This document shows, one piece after another, positions 10,156 to 22,522 of a stretch of 64,000 nt of DNA. Source of the stretch: a candidate division FCPU426 bacterium (GTDB taxonomy: Bacteria; Oederibacteriota; Muellerivitia; Muellerivitales; Muellerivitaceae); NCBI GenBank assembly GCA_963771075.1, contig CAVYSE010000009.1, positions 79,383-143,382 on the forward strand, read 5' to 3'. The position numbers were made by a program, and so were the translations under genes. Positions within the stretch are counted from its first letter, which is position 1, and every line of letters starts with the position of its first letter. The notes below the pieces were generated by a model that did not search any database, was not told the DNA's origin, and worked only from the letters and a program-made list of their open reading frames with translations.

Positions 10156-11714
10156 CTATTCGTTTTCCTTCAATTTATTGCGTTCTTCCTCGAGCTTTTT
10201 CTCGCCCGCCTTCTCGTCCGGCTCGGCCTTCTTGGGGTATTTGGCGTAAAGGGCCTTGCTGATTTTTCCCCCGTTATGAATGATGTCGACCGCCACCGCG
10301 ACCTGATTGTCGGCCAGCACGGCTTCTTCGCGCGCTTCCTTCTCGCCCAGCTTGGCCCGCACCAGCTCCACCCGCAGGCTGGTCTTCAGGTATTGCTCGT
10401 CCTTCTTCAGCTCTTCCTTGTCGATTTTTTTGCCGGTTTTGACGCAATAGTCGTAAAACCCATCCATGGTCTCCGGGGAAATCGGCATCCCGGCGCGAAA
10501 CATCCAGTCCTCCTATTGATCAGATATCTTGGCGTACTTTTCAGCCAACTGCTGGCTGTAAACCTTGATGGTGGATTCGGTGGCGTCGTGGTCCTTCAGG
10601 TTCAGGTCCGGATCGATGCCGATGCCGTGGATACAGACACCCGAGGGGGTGTAGTACTTGGCCATGGTCAACCGAAGGGCCGCCCCATCGCTGTTGTCCA
10701 GGGGCAGGATGGTCTGCACGGAGCCCTTACCGAAACTCTTGGAGCCGATGAGGACCGCCCTTTTCCAGTCCTTCAGGGCCCCCGCGACGATCTCCGCGCC
10801 CGAGGCGCTTCCCTCGTTGATCATGGCCACCACCGGCAGAAGCTTGAGCTGAATTTTTCGTCATCTTGCGACTTGAAGAGCTGGTTCTGGTTCTCGCTGC
10901 GTCCCTTGGTGGACACGATGGTGTCCCCCGGGTGACCGAAATAATTGGAGACGCCGACCGCCTCGTTCAGGAGCCCCCCCGGATCGTTGCGCAGGTCGAC
11001 GATCAAACCCTTGAGGGGCTTTTGTTTCTCCAAATTCTTGACCGCGCTCACGAAATCGTCGGTGGTGTTGTCGATAAACTCCGAGATTCGGACGTACCCG
11101 ATGCAGTCGGGCAGGAGGTAGGAATGGATGCTCTCGATCTTGATGGCGTCCCGCACCAACGTCACGTCAAAGGGCTCGTTGAGGCCCTGCCGCAATATGG
11201 AGATGGTGACTTTGGTTCCGATTTGGCCCCGCAGGCGCTTGACCGCGTCGTTGATTCCCATCATGTCGGTTTTCTCATCGCCGATCTTGACGATCTTATC
11301 CCCAGCCTTGATGCCGGCCCGGTCCGCGGGGGTTCCCTCGATGGGGGAAATAACAGTCAGGTGCTCATCCTTGATGGCGATCTCGATCCCCAACCCGCCG
11401 AAGGAGCCCGAGGTTTCAGTCTGCATTTCCTTGTAATCCTCGGGGGGCATAAACTGGCTGAAGGGGTCCAGGGTGTTGACCATGCCTTGAATGGCCCCGT
11501 AGATGAGGTCCTTGGGGTTGGTCTTGTCCTCGTCCACGTACTTCTGGCGGATGATGGTCAGGGCGTCCACGAATGGGTTGAGGTACTTATAAACATCCTC
11601 CGAAGTCCCGGCGTTCTTGGGGGCCGATTGGGTCAGGGTCCCCGCGGCGAAGCTAACCCCGGACAAAAGAATAATCAGGGCGGCGACGGTGTAAAGGCTG
11701 GGGCGACGGTTCAT
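10156..11714 (-). CDS. ctpA: S41 carboxy-terminal processing protease (PDZ), interrupted in this sequence
   Basis: Three ORF pieces (10821-11714, 10513-10833, 10156-10503) give [49 protein letters not shown]; frame change near 10850 and in-frame TAG at 10513. Confidence 0.88.
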
Positions 11715-11819
11715 GCATATCCTCCAAAGAAATAGTACAAAACTCAGTTGAGGCTCGAATTGACCAACACAGGGTTTCCCGGATAAGAATCATCCCCTCT
11801 CCCCGGAGGAAGGTTCGCC

Positions 11820-13172
11820 TTAATGCTGGTGTGTCAGCCAGCGCACCGGGTCCTCGGGTAAGCCGTCATGGCGAATCTCGAAATAAAGACTGGTTCCCCA
11901 TTGGTCGGCGTAAAGCGAGCCGGTGTCCCCCACGGTACCCTAAGATCTGTCCCTGGGCTACCTCCGTTCCCTCGGCCACACTGAGTTCGGCGGCCTGGGC
12001 GTAGAGGGAATAATAACCTTTGCCATGGTCTAAAATCACCAGTTTTCCATAACCTTTGAACCAATCGGCATACCGGACCAACCCCTTCGCCACCGCCCGA
12101 ATTGGCGTCCCCGCGGGGCGGCAATCTGGATGCCGGTATTATCGACCATTTCATTGAATTCCTTGTTCTTGCTTCTCCCAAAGTTCAACATGATCTTACC
12201 TGAGACGGGCCAGGGGATCTTTCCCCGGACCACTTTCAACCCCGCGCCTTCGGCGGTTTGACCGGCAGGCGACGAATTCTTCGCGGTCTTCGCCTCGGCT
12301 TTTGCTTCCGCCGCCTGCTGGCTGGCGATCTTGGCTTGGCTTATCAGGCTCGAGAATTTTTGCTGGAGTTCACCTGCCGCCTCGTTGAGCTCGGAAAGCA
12401 GCTGTTCCTGGTTCTCCTTTTGACGCTTCAAGGAGGCCAAAAACACCGAGCGGTTCCTTTTTTTCTGGCCCAGCTCTTTTTCCTGGCGTCCCAGGCTGCC
12501 CAGGAGTTTTTCCTTGCGCCTGCCCTCCGCAACCCACTCGGTGGAAGCCGTCTCCAAATCCGTTTCGCTCTCCAATGTGCCTTCCATCAGCTTCTCGTTG
12601 CTTTGGGCCAAAAGGGTCTCGAACTTGAGCTTGCGGGCCAGGTCGGCGGGGTTTTCGCTGGAAAGCAGCCCCCCCAGCAGGGGTTGGCGGAAGGACATGC
12701 GGTAAAGGGCGCGGAGCCGCTGTTGGAGGAGAGTCCGGTCCTGCTCCAGGAGCAGGCGGTTTTGCATCATGGTGGACTGGAGCCGGTCCAGACGGTCCCG
12801 GGTTTCGTCCAGCTCTTCCTGGTTGGCTTCCTTTTCCCGGCGCAATTTACCCAGGGCCTGGTCCACCTGCTGAAGGTGGGAGAGGACGTTTTTTTCCCTG
12901 GCCTCGGTGAGCTTCTTGATCTTTTTCTGCTGCTCAATTTTCTTCTTGATCGCGGCAAGGTTTTTCTTGTTCTGGTGGATGTCATGCTTGATGGCCGTCA
13001 AATCAACGGGGGTGGCGGAAGGGCTGCCAGCGGGCGCCACCGTGTCCTGTGCGAAGGCGGGATTGGCGGCCTCAAAAAGGAGAGGTAGAAGAATCCCTAT
13101 ACCAAGGTTAAAAAAACATTTCGTGATTATGGAAAATGCCTCTTTCAGGTTGTTTCTGTATCGACGGGCCAT
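11820..13172 (-). CDS. envC: murein hydrolase activator EnvC (coiled coil + M23-like domain), two 1-nt indels
   Basis: Long coiled coil, IPWPVSG, NTGIQIAAP, GYGKLVILDH, GTVGDTGS, LYFEIRH..EDP..WL recovered by a missing C near 12117 and an extra G near 11939; lacks M23 zinc ligands as expected for EnvC; start uncertain. Confidence 0.85.
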
Positions 13173-13201
13173 TGGCTTTTAAAACCTTTATCGATTACTG
13201 A

Positions 13202-13225
13202 TTTTCTCCGTGTTTCTGTGGTAAA
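13202..13225. repeat. single arm of the CACAGAG-type repeat
   Basis: ttttctccgtgtttctgtggtaaa between ftsX and envC. Confidence 0.6.
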
Positions 13226-13242
13226 TGCCTTTAGAGATATGC

Positions 13243-14145
13243 TTACCTCAGATCGCCAGCCCATTCTTTGCGTACCGCCCAAAGGGACCCGGCAAAGCCA
13301 AGCATTGCCCCCAACAAAACAAGGGTTAAGTAAAGACTTCCCCAATCCATGCCGGGCAGGTTGATGAACATTTCCATTCCCCCGGACTTGGGCAAGAACC
13401 ATCCCAGGGCCAATTTAAGCGACTCCAAGACCAACATTCCCAAACCCGCCCCCAATAATCCCTTCACCAGGCCCTCCCAAAGGTAAGGGCCCCACCGCAT
13501 CCAGGAGGGAGCGCCCAGGCGGGAAAGCAAAACCCATTCCTCCCGTCGTGCCCAGAGGGCCAGCGTCAGGGCATTGGAAACGATAAAAAGGGCCGTCAAA
13601 AAGACGAAAGCGCCCAGGAACCAGCCTACCCAACGGGCCAAGCGGCTCAGGTTTGAAACCGCCTCCCATTCTCCCTTGCCATAATCGACCTCTTCCACCG
13701 CCGGGTCTTTTTTCATGGCTTCCACCAGGTCGTCGATCTTTTCCGATACGTCCTTTTTCAGGACCACGCTCAGGGAATCGGTCAGGGGATTCTCCCCCAG
13801 TGCCTGGACCATGCGGTCCACATCCGGATCCTTGCGGAAATCTTTCAGGGCCTCATCCTTGCCCACCACCCGTACCGAGGCCACGCGGGGGTCAGCGGAC
13901 AGGCGTTCCTGTAGCCTTTGAAGGTCGGAGGGTACCGCGCCGGGGGTCAGGAATATCGCCATCTCGAATTTCTGGCGGGCAGAAAGGAGAGCGTTATCCA
14001 AAACCTTGGAAATTCCCAGGAACAGGGAGACCTGAACCAGGGCGGCCGCCACGATGACCACCACCGCGGTGGAAAGCCCGGGAAAGCGGAATAACTGCGA
14101 CAGGCCTTCTTTGAGTACATAAACCAGTTTTTGCCAGGAATTCAT
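13243..14145 (-). CDS. ftsX: cell division ABC-type permease FtsX
   Basis: 4-TM layout with large periplasmic loop, GENPL motif, RREE..LSRLGA..W...PYLWEG; between ftsE-like and envC. Confidence 0.85.
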   Translation of the reverse strand: MNSWQKLVYVLKEGLSQLFRFPGLSTAVVVIVAAALVQVSLFLGISKVLDNALLSARQKFEMAIFLTPGAVPSDLQRLQERLSADPRVASVRVVGKDEALKDFRKDPDVDRMVQALGENPLTDSLSVVLKKDVSEKIDDLVEAMKKDPAVEEVDYGKGEWEAVSNLSRLARWVGWFLGAFVFLTALFIVSNALTLALWARREEWVLLSRLGAPSWMRWGPYLWEGLVKGLLGAGLGMLVLESLKLALGWFLPKSGGMEMFINLPGMDWGSLYLTLVLLGAMLGFAGSLWAVRKEWAGDLR

Positions 14146-14837
14146 GGGGTTGGCACCTCAACAGGGGATATCCTGCCTTCCGCCAGTCGATACCATTGAA
14201 TGATGCCCTTTAAGGCTGGTATGGATTGCTCGACCTCCGGAAAGGCCTGTTTGGAGGTCAATACGAGTGTCGCACCGGTCTTGCGTAATTCCCCGAGTAG
14301 CTTTAATAGAACGAGCGCCGTAGCCGAATCCAACCCCTGTAGGGGTTCATCCGCCAGGAACAATTTTGGCCGGAAGATCATCGCGCGAAGCGATAGCACC
14401 ATCTTTTGCTGGGCCGAAGAAAGGTCCGTCGGTTTTGCCTCCATCTTTTCGCCGAGGCCCGCATTCTCCAACAGTTTGCGAATGGAATCCCTCTGCCCTT
14501 CGGGGTGGATACCCTTCACTTGAAGGGTGAAAAGGATGTTTTGCTCGACCGTCTTGTCGGAAAAAAGGTGCAGGTCGGGAAAAGCCATACCGACCTCATT
14601 CAGCCAGTCTTTTTTTTCTTTGGGTGTAAGACCATAGGGATCGCCGGGGCCCACCCGCAAGACGCCTGAGGTTGGCTTCTCTTCCCCGCCCAGCATCTTG
14701 AGAAAGGTGCTTTTACCGCTGTTGTTCTCGCCAAGTATCACGTTGAAGGACGCTTCCGGAAATGAAAAGAAGGCGTCGTCGAGGACCTTGACGCCCGAAG
14801 GATGGACCTTGGTAAGGTGAAAAGCTTGGATCATCAT
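14142..14837 (-). CDS. ftsE: FtsE-like ABC ATPase with degenerate motifs
   Basis: Walker A GENNSGKST, KTVEQNI, Walker B LADEP; overlaps the ftsX start; Q-loop, signature and H-switch altered. Confidence 0.75.
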   Translation of the reverse strand: MMIQAFHLTKVHPSGVKVLDDAFFSFPEASFNVILGENNSGKSTFLKMLGGEEKPTSGVLRVGPGDPYGLTPKEKKDWLNEVGMAFPDLHLFSDKTVEQNILFTLQVKGIHPEGQRDSIRKLLENAGLGEKMEAKPTDLSSAQQKMVLSLRAMIFRPKLFLADEPLQGLDSATALVLLKLLGELRKTGATLVLTSKQAFPEVEQSIPALKGIIQWYRLAEGRISPVEVPTP

Positions 14838-15071
14838 AATTAGCTTTAAGTTAAGGCAGGAGTGCCGGGCAAGCAAGGAAAAATCCGGTCAAAAGGCTTT
14901 TCACCAAAAAGGTCACATGCCGCAATTCCATTAAGCTTTCAAAGCATGCGGTATAGTCTCGATTTCTTTGGCCTCCCGACCCAAAGGCGACCAAGGACAC
15001 TAAGTGGAAAGTTAATTTGCGAAACACGCAGATTTAACTTCGTATTCATTATGTGTTTCGTGGCAAGAGCT

Positions 15072-15989
15072 TTATTTTTTGGTTTCCTGTAAATCTTCCG
15101 GTTTGACGGGTTCGGTATGCACGAAGACTTCCTGCACCCCTAAACGTGATTCCTTCACCACCGCGATCACCCGATGGGTCAATGCATGGGACTCAGAAAT
15201 CGTCATGGTAGGGCTCACCTGAATGTGCAGGTCCACATGGATATGACCGGGCATACCGTGGCTTCGTACCTTATGGCAAGCCAGTATGCCGGGAACGGAC
15301 CGAACGACCTCTTTGACCTGTTCCGGGTCCAACATTACCCGGTCGGAAAGGACACTCAAGGATTGGTTGACGATCCTCATGGCCGCCCCGGCCACTATGA
15401 CTACAACGATCAGGGAGGCAAGCCAATCCACCCAACCCAATCCAAAATGGGCCCCCGCCAAGGCCATAAACACTGCCGCGGCGGAGAGGGTGTCGCTACC
15501 AGTATGGGCGCTGTCGGCGGAAAGAAGCGAACTGCCCAGTTGTTTGGCGTTCTTACCCTCGAACCATGATATCCAGGCGCTGATAAGCATGGCGGCCGCC
15601 ATCACGGCGAAGGAAAGAATATTCGGGTCTGGGGCGGGGGCATGGGAAAAAAACCGTCCCAGTACCCTTTCCAAAATTTCCACGCAGGCCACCCCCATCA
15701 GGATGGCGATCACGAGCGAGGCGACGACCTCGAATTTCTGATGGCCGTAGGGGTGGTCCTCATCGGCCGGTTTGGAAGCGATCGAAACGCTCACCAACCC
15801 CACGACGTTGGCCGCGGCGTCCAAGAGCGAATGAACCCCATCCGCGACCATTGACAGGGAGTTCACGACCATACCCACCACGATCTTCCCAAAAGAGACC
15901 AAAAGGTTGGAGAGCAAAGTGAGGCTTAAAACTTGAAAAACTTTCCGATATTTATTCAAGGTTGTGGCCGATGGGGAGGTTTGATCCAT
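15072..15989 (-). CDS. cation diffusion facilitator (FieF-like) transporter
   Basis: ADGVHSLLD, PADEDHPYGHQKFE, ADSAHTGSD, C-terminal VDLHI..VHTEP; start 15989 or 15998. Confidence 0.92.
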   Translation of the reverse strand: MDQTSPSATTLNKYRKVFQVLSLTLLSNLLVSFGKIVVGMVVNSLSMVADGVHSLLDAAANVVGLVSVSIASKPADEDHPYGHQKFEVVASLVIAILMGVACVEILERVLGRFFSHAPAPDPNILSFAVMAAAMLISAWISWFEGKNAKQLGSSLLSADSAHTGSDTLSAAAVFMALAGAHFGLGWVDWLASLIVVVIVAGAAMRIVNQSLSVLSDRVMLDPEQVKEVVRSVPGILACHKVRSHGMPGHIHVDLHIQVSPTMTISESHALTHRVIAVVKESRLGVQEVFVHTEPVKPEDLQETKK

Positions 15990-16044
15990 TGGGTTCATTC
16001 TAACGGCCTGCCTAGTTGCCTGAGTTCAAAAACTTCAATCATTG

Positions 16045-16162
16045 TCGTTAAGACGCCAAGACGCTAAGAAAAGCGAAACCTTTGATTTTAAATGATCAAA
16101 TCCGTCGAAATTGATTTCGACTCTCACCTAAAAAAAGCGTTCTTGGCGGTCTTCGCGGTAAA
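16045..16162. repeat. intergenic inverted repeat of tandem 8-9-nt units (ACGCCAAG type)
   Basis: tcgttaag-acgccaag-acgctaag ... gcgtt-cttggcggt-cttcgcggt. Confidence 0.65.
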
Positions 16163-16186
16163 CCTTTTGAAGTTTATGTTTTATCT

Positions 16187-17194
16187 TTATTCGGTCTTCC
16201 CGCGTTTTTGAGCCCGAAGAATATGTTTCGCGATTTGAATGTTTTTATCGTGTTCTTGTAGGGTCGTGGCGAAAAGATCCGACCCATCACCCTTCGAAAC
16301 GTAATAAAGATAGGGCACTTGAGCGGGTTGGGCCACGGCTTGCAAGGATGCAAAACCCGGATTACAGATGGGCGTGGGCGGCAAACCCCTGTGCTGGTAA
16401 GTGTTATAAGGCGTTTTGATATCTAACTGCTCGTGGGTAAACCAAGGGTTCTTGCTGTTGATGACATAGTTGAGGGTAGCGTTGACCTCAAGTCGCATCT
16501 TTTGCCTGAGACGGTTATACATGATCCCCGCGATAACGGGCCTTTCGGAATCGAGCTTGGCTTCTTTCTCGACGATCGAAGCCAGAATCACCCCTTGGTA
16601 AAGGGTCAACCCTTGCTTCTTCAACTGGTTTTCGAAATCATCCCCCATTTCTTGTTGGAATTGATGAACCAATAGGCCGATGAGATCGGAAATACTCGCC
16701 CCAACAGGAATCTGATAGCTTTCGGGATATAGAAATCCTTCCAAGCTCGAGCCGGTAATACCAAAGCTCTTTAAAAGTTCTTTATCATTGGCTTCCTTGA
16801 GAAAATCTGCCGCTGTACAAACCTTCAAATTTTCTAATTCCACCCCGATCTGCTCGGCAGTATAGCCTTCCGGGACCTTGAGGACTAAAAGCTCACTCTT
16901 ACCCGCGGTTAAGACATCCAAAACTTCCCAAAAGCTCATGCGAGGGTTGAGGCGGTACAGCCCAGCCTTTAATTTGCGGTCGGCATGGGTGAACTTGGCT
17001 GCCAAACGGAAGGGGGTGGAAAAGGTAAGGATTCCCTTTCCTTTCAACAATTCTCCGATGCTTCTGGCGGTGGATTTGGAATAAATGGCAATATCCACAT
17101 CCGAACCCAAGCGGTAGAAGGGAGGGATAAAGAAGATCAAACCAGCGAGCGCCAGCATCCCGAACGCGATTCCGTACCATTTGAGGATTTTCAT
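16187..17194 (-). CDS. mltG: endolytic transglycosylase MltG
   Basis: LKAGLY, VPEG, LEGFLYPESY, LASIVEKEA, PYNTY..GLPPTPICNPG. Confidence 0.95.
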   Translation of the reverse strand: MKILKWYGIAFGMLALAGLIFFIPPFYRLGSDVDIAIYSKSTARSIGELLKGKGILTFSTPFRLAAKFTHADRKLKAGLYRLNPRMSFWEVLDVLTAGKSELLVLKVPEGYTAEQIGVELENLKVCTAADFLKEANDKELLKSFGITGSSLEGFLYPESYQIPVGASISDLIGLLVHQFQQEMGDDFENQLKKQGLTLYQGVILASIVEKEAKLDSERPVIAGIMYNRLRQKMRLEVNATLNYVINSKNPWFTHEQLDIKTPYNTYQHRGLPPTPICNPGFASLQAVAQPAQVPYLYYVSKGDGSDLFATTLQEHDKNIQIAKHILRAQKRGKTE

Positions 17195-17621
17195 TGCTCC
17201 TCCAAAGGGATTAAAGGCGCACCCGCGAGGGCGGATTGAAGCAATAGGGCCGCCGCGACCTTGTCGATCTTTCCTTTACGATTCTCCCGGCGCACATCTC
17301 CCTCAATCATAGCCCGCTCGGCTTGCTTGCTGGTCAGCCTTTCATCCAGGAAAAAAACAGGCAGATTCAGCCAGCCGGCCAGTTTGGCCGTGAATTCCCT
17401 GACCTTTTGGGTTGTCTTGCTATCCGTGCCATCCATGTTGAGGGGCAAACCCACGATGACTTGGGTGACCTCATACTGGTTCACCAGAGCGCCGATGGCG
17501 GCGATGTCTTTTTGGGTTCCGGCGGATTTAAGGACGGTGAGGGGCTGGGCGGTAAGGCCTAAGGGGTCGGAAAGTGCGACGCCGATACGGACATGGCCCA
17601 GATCCAGAGCCAGCCATCGCT

Positions 17622-17625
<4 letters not shown>
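17191..17625 (-). CDS. ruvX: YqgF/RuvX RNase H-like nuclease
   Basis: LALDLG..RIGVALSD, VGLPLNMDG, DERLTS, IDKVAA. Confidence 0.95.
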
Positions 17626-20408
<2,783 letters not shown>

Positions 20409-20411
20409 TCC

Positions 20412-20930
20412 TTAGTTTTCCCCATCCTCAGGAAGTTCGGGATTATAGCTGAAAACCTTTTGAACGGCGAGGCGGGATGAGCTGTAGGAAAAACCCCTTC
20501 TCAAAAGAAAAGACAGGGCTTTTTCCGGCCCCTTGGGAGTTGGTTTGGCTTCAGTGCCTATAAAACGTCTTTTTTTGCCACGAAGAAGATCGAGGGCGGA
20601 TTTCGCTTCCTCCGCCCCGCCGAACTCCTCGGCCAGGGCCCTTTCGCCGATTTGGCCCGCCAGGCCCCGCTTGTGAAACGCCGCCCGGATCCGCGTCGGC
20701 CCCCATCCCATACGCCTTCGGGAAGCCACAAAAGCATCGGCTGAGCGTTGGTCATTGATAAAACCCTTGGCGGCGAGAAATTCCAGGACTTTGGACTGGA
20801 TGTCGGCCGGCACCGCCCGCGTTTTAAATTTCTCACTTAGTTCATGGGAAGTCCGGTCCCTTCGGCTTAAAAGCCCAAGGGCGTAATGGCGCGCTTCCTC
20901 ATAAGTAAAAAGGGGAGCAGGTTTTTTCAA
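20412..20930 (-). CDS. recX: regulatory protein RecX
   Basis: ALGLLSRRDRTSHEL, GFINDQR, GPTRIR, FLLRRGFS; upstream of alaS as is common. Confidence 0.88.
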   Translation of the reverse strand: MKKPAPLFTYEEARHYALGLLSRRDRTSHELSEKFKTRAVPADIQSKVLEFLAAKGFINDQRSADAFVASRRRMGWGPTRIRAAFHKRGLAGQIGERALAEEFGGAEEAKSALDLLRGKKRRFIGTEAKPTPKGPEKALSFLLRRGFSYSSSRLAVQKVFSYNPELPEDGEN

Positions 20931-20939
20931 AAAGCAGTT

Positions 20940-21254
20940 CTATTGGGGCGAAACATTTCCGGTAGCTGGGTCATATTGGACACCACCCGGAATATGGTCG
21001 ATAAAATCAGGCACCAAATCCTGAAGCGAGGCGGGAAGGGTTCCTTTCTGGCTCTTATAGTTGGTTATGGCGGCCCGTACGGTATCGACATTGGCGTGGC
21101 CCATGACTTGCCTGGCCTTATCCTCGTCATTTTTCAGGCTTTGGGTATAACCCGGCAGGGTGGCATCCTGGGGCGCGGTTTCGATAGTTTGCCACATGTA
21201 ATAGCCGATGCCTCCTATGACGACCACGACCACCACGAACAGAACCTTACCCAT
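20940..21254 (-). CDS. small membrane-anchored pilin/pseudopilin-like protein
   Basis: N-terminal hydrophobic helix then VRAAITNY...GTLPASLQDLVP..YDPATG reminiscent of pseudopilin heads. Confidence 0.5.
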   Translation of the reverse strand: MGKVLFVVVVVVIGGIGYYMWQTIETAPQDATLPGYTQSLKNDEDKARQVMGHANVDTVRAAITNYKSQKGTLPASLQDLVPDFIDHIPGGVQYDPATGNVSPQ

Positions 21255-22005
21255 TTTTTCCTCCCTTGCGGCCGCGAACCGGAGCGGCTTTTCTCAAGAT
21301 GGCGTCCATTTCCCGGACCGCCAGCATCAATCCTACCATGGAAGCGCGGGCGATGATGTTGTGACCAATGTTTAAATCCTCGATTTCCGACAAGGCGGCG
21401 ATGGGAGCCACGTTGGCATAGGTTAATCCGTGCCCTGCGTGGACCTGAAGCCCCAGGGACTGGGCATATCGGGCCCCCGCGGCCAGTTTTACGAACTCCG
21501 TTTGTTCGTTCTTTCCCTGACGGCAGGCTTGGCTATAAGCTCCAGTATGAAGCTCCACATAAAGCACCCCTAGGCGCGAGGCGAGATCGAGGGTGTTCTT
21601 GTCCGGCAGGATAAAAAGGGAAACGGGAATGCCCTTGGACTGAAGCAGGTCCACGGCCTTTTGGAATCGGCCCATATGGCGGGCCAGGTCGAGCCCTCCC
21701 TCGGTGGTCAGTTCCTGCCGGCGCTCGGGAACCAGGGTGGCTTGGTCGGGTTTGACCCGAAGGGCGAAGTCCACCATCTCCGGGGTGGCGGCCATTTCAA
21801 GATTTAACTTGGTATGTAGGACTTTTCTCAAGGCAACCACATCCGCGTCCTGAATATGGCGTCGGTCCTCCCGCAGGTGGACGGTAATGCCTATGGCTCC
21901 GCCTTTTTCGGCCAGGCGGGCCGCCTGGATCGGGTCCGGCTCATCCTCCCGGCGGGCCTGCCGGAGAGTTGCAATATGGTCGATGTTCACACAAAGGTTC
22001 GCCAT
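21247..22005 (-). CDS. pdxJ: pyridoxine 5'-phosphate synthase
   Basis: VNIDHIATLRQAR, HLREDRRHIQD, LTTEGGLD, ELHTG, HAGHGL, NIGH. Confidence 0.97.
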   Translation of the reverse strand: MANLCVNIDHIATLRQARREDEPDPIQAARLAEKGGAIGITVHLREDRRHIQDADVVALRKVLHTKLNLEMAATPEMVDFALRVKPDQATLVPERRQELTTEGGLDLARHMGRFQKAVDLLQSKGIPVSLFILPDKNTLDLASRLGVLYVELHTGAYSQACRQGKNEQTEFVKLAAGARYAQSLGLQVHAGHGLTYANVAPIAALSEIEDLNIGHNIIARASMVGLMLAVREMDAILRKAAPVRGRKGGKNG

Positions 22006-22013
22006 GGGACTCC

Positions 22014-22400
22014 TTATCTCCTACGGCTTGGGGGCTTCGCGGGGATCAGGGGAATCTTTAAGGGTTGGACATTGGCGGCCACGTCCCTCGGCAGGGGCTT
22101 CACCTGGGGATGGACCAGGACTTCCGATTCATCCGGAGTGGTCCCCTTGAGGCTGACCACCGCCGTCAAGTCGTCCCCATCCAGATCCAAAACACTTTCC
22201 TTGCGGCCTGTCAAAACCACCGGGACGGAGGTGCGTACGCGCGGGTCCACGGTCACGCCCGGGGGTATATCGGTAAGTTCCACCGACACGGTCACCCGGC
22301 GATCGATAATCTGCCGGGTCCCCACGTAGGCCCAAAGGGCGATGGCGATGAAAAGGGCCAGTATCTTGAGGCCCAAGTTCTCAAACAGCCAGCGGTTCAT
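22014..22400 (-). CDS. cdaR: short CdaR/YbbR-like protein (single domain)
   Basis: NLGLKILALFIAIALWAYV N-terminus typical of YbbR; directly after cdaA. Confidence 0.75.
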   Translation of the reverse strand: MNRWLFENLGLKILALFIAIALWAYVGTRQIIDRRVTVSVELTDIPPGVTVDPRVRTSVPVVLTGRKESVLDLDGDDLTAVVSLKGTTPDESEVLVHPQVKPLPRDVAANVQPLKIPLIPAKPPSRRR

Positions 22401-22414
22401 AAAACCTCACTTCA

Positions 22415-22514
22415 TAAGTTTGAGTGATAAGTTTCTAAGTTGGGGTCGGTTATTTTACCCTCGTTCAATTAACCTTCCGAAACTTAAAACCCAAAACTCG
22501 AAACTTAGAACTTT
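22415..22514. repeat. inverted array of 7-nt tandem repeats between cdaA and cdaR
   Basis: aaactta-aaaccca-aaactcg-aaactta-gaacttt (22480-22514) facing taagttt...taagttt-c-taagtt (22415-22441). Confidence 0.7.
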
Positions 22515-22522
22515 AAATTACC

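Noticed and set aside
10510..10515. Pyrrolysine or amber read-through at the ctpA TAG
   Set aside because: TAG is an ordinary stop elsewhere in the window (e.g. dusB, efp) and no pyl genes are seen.
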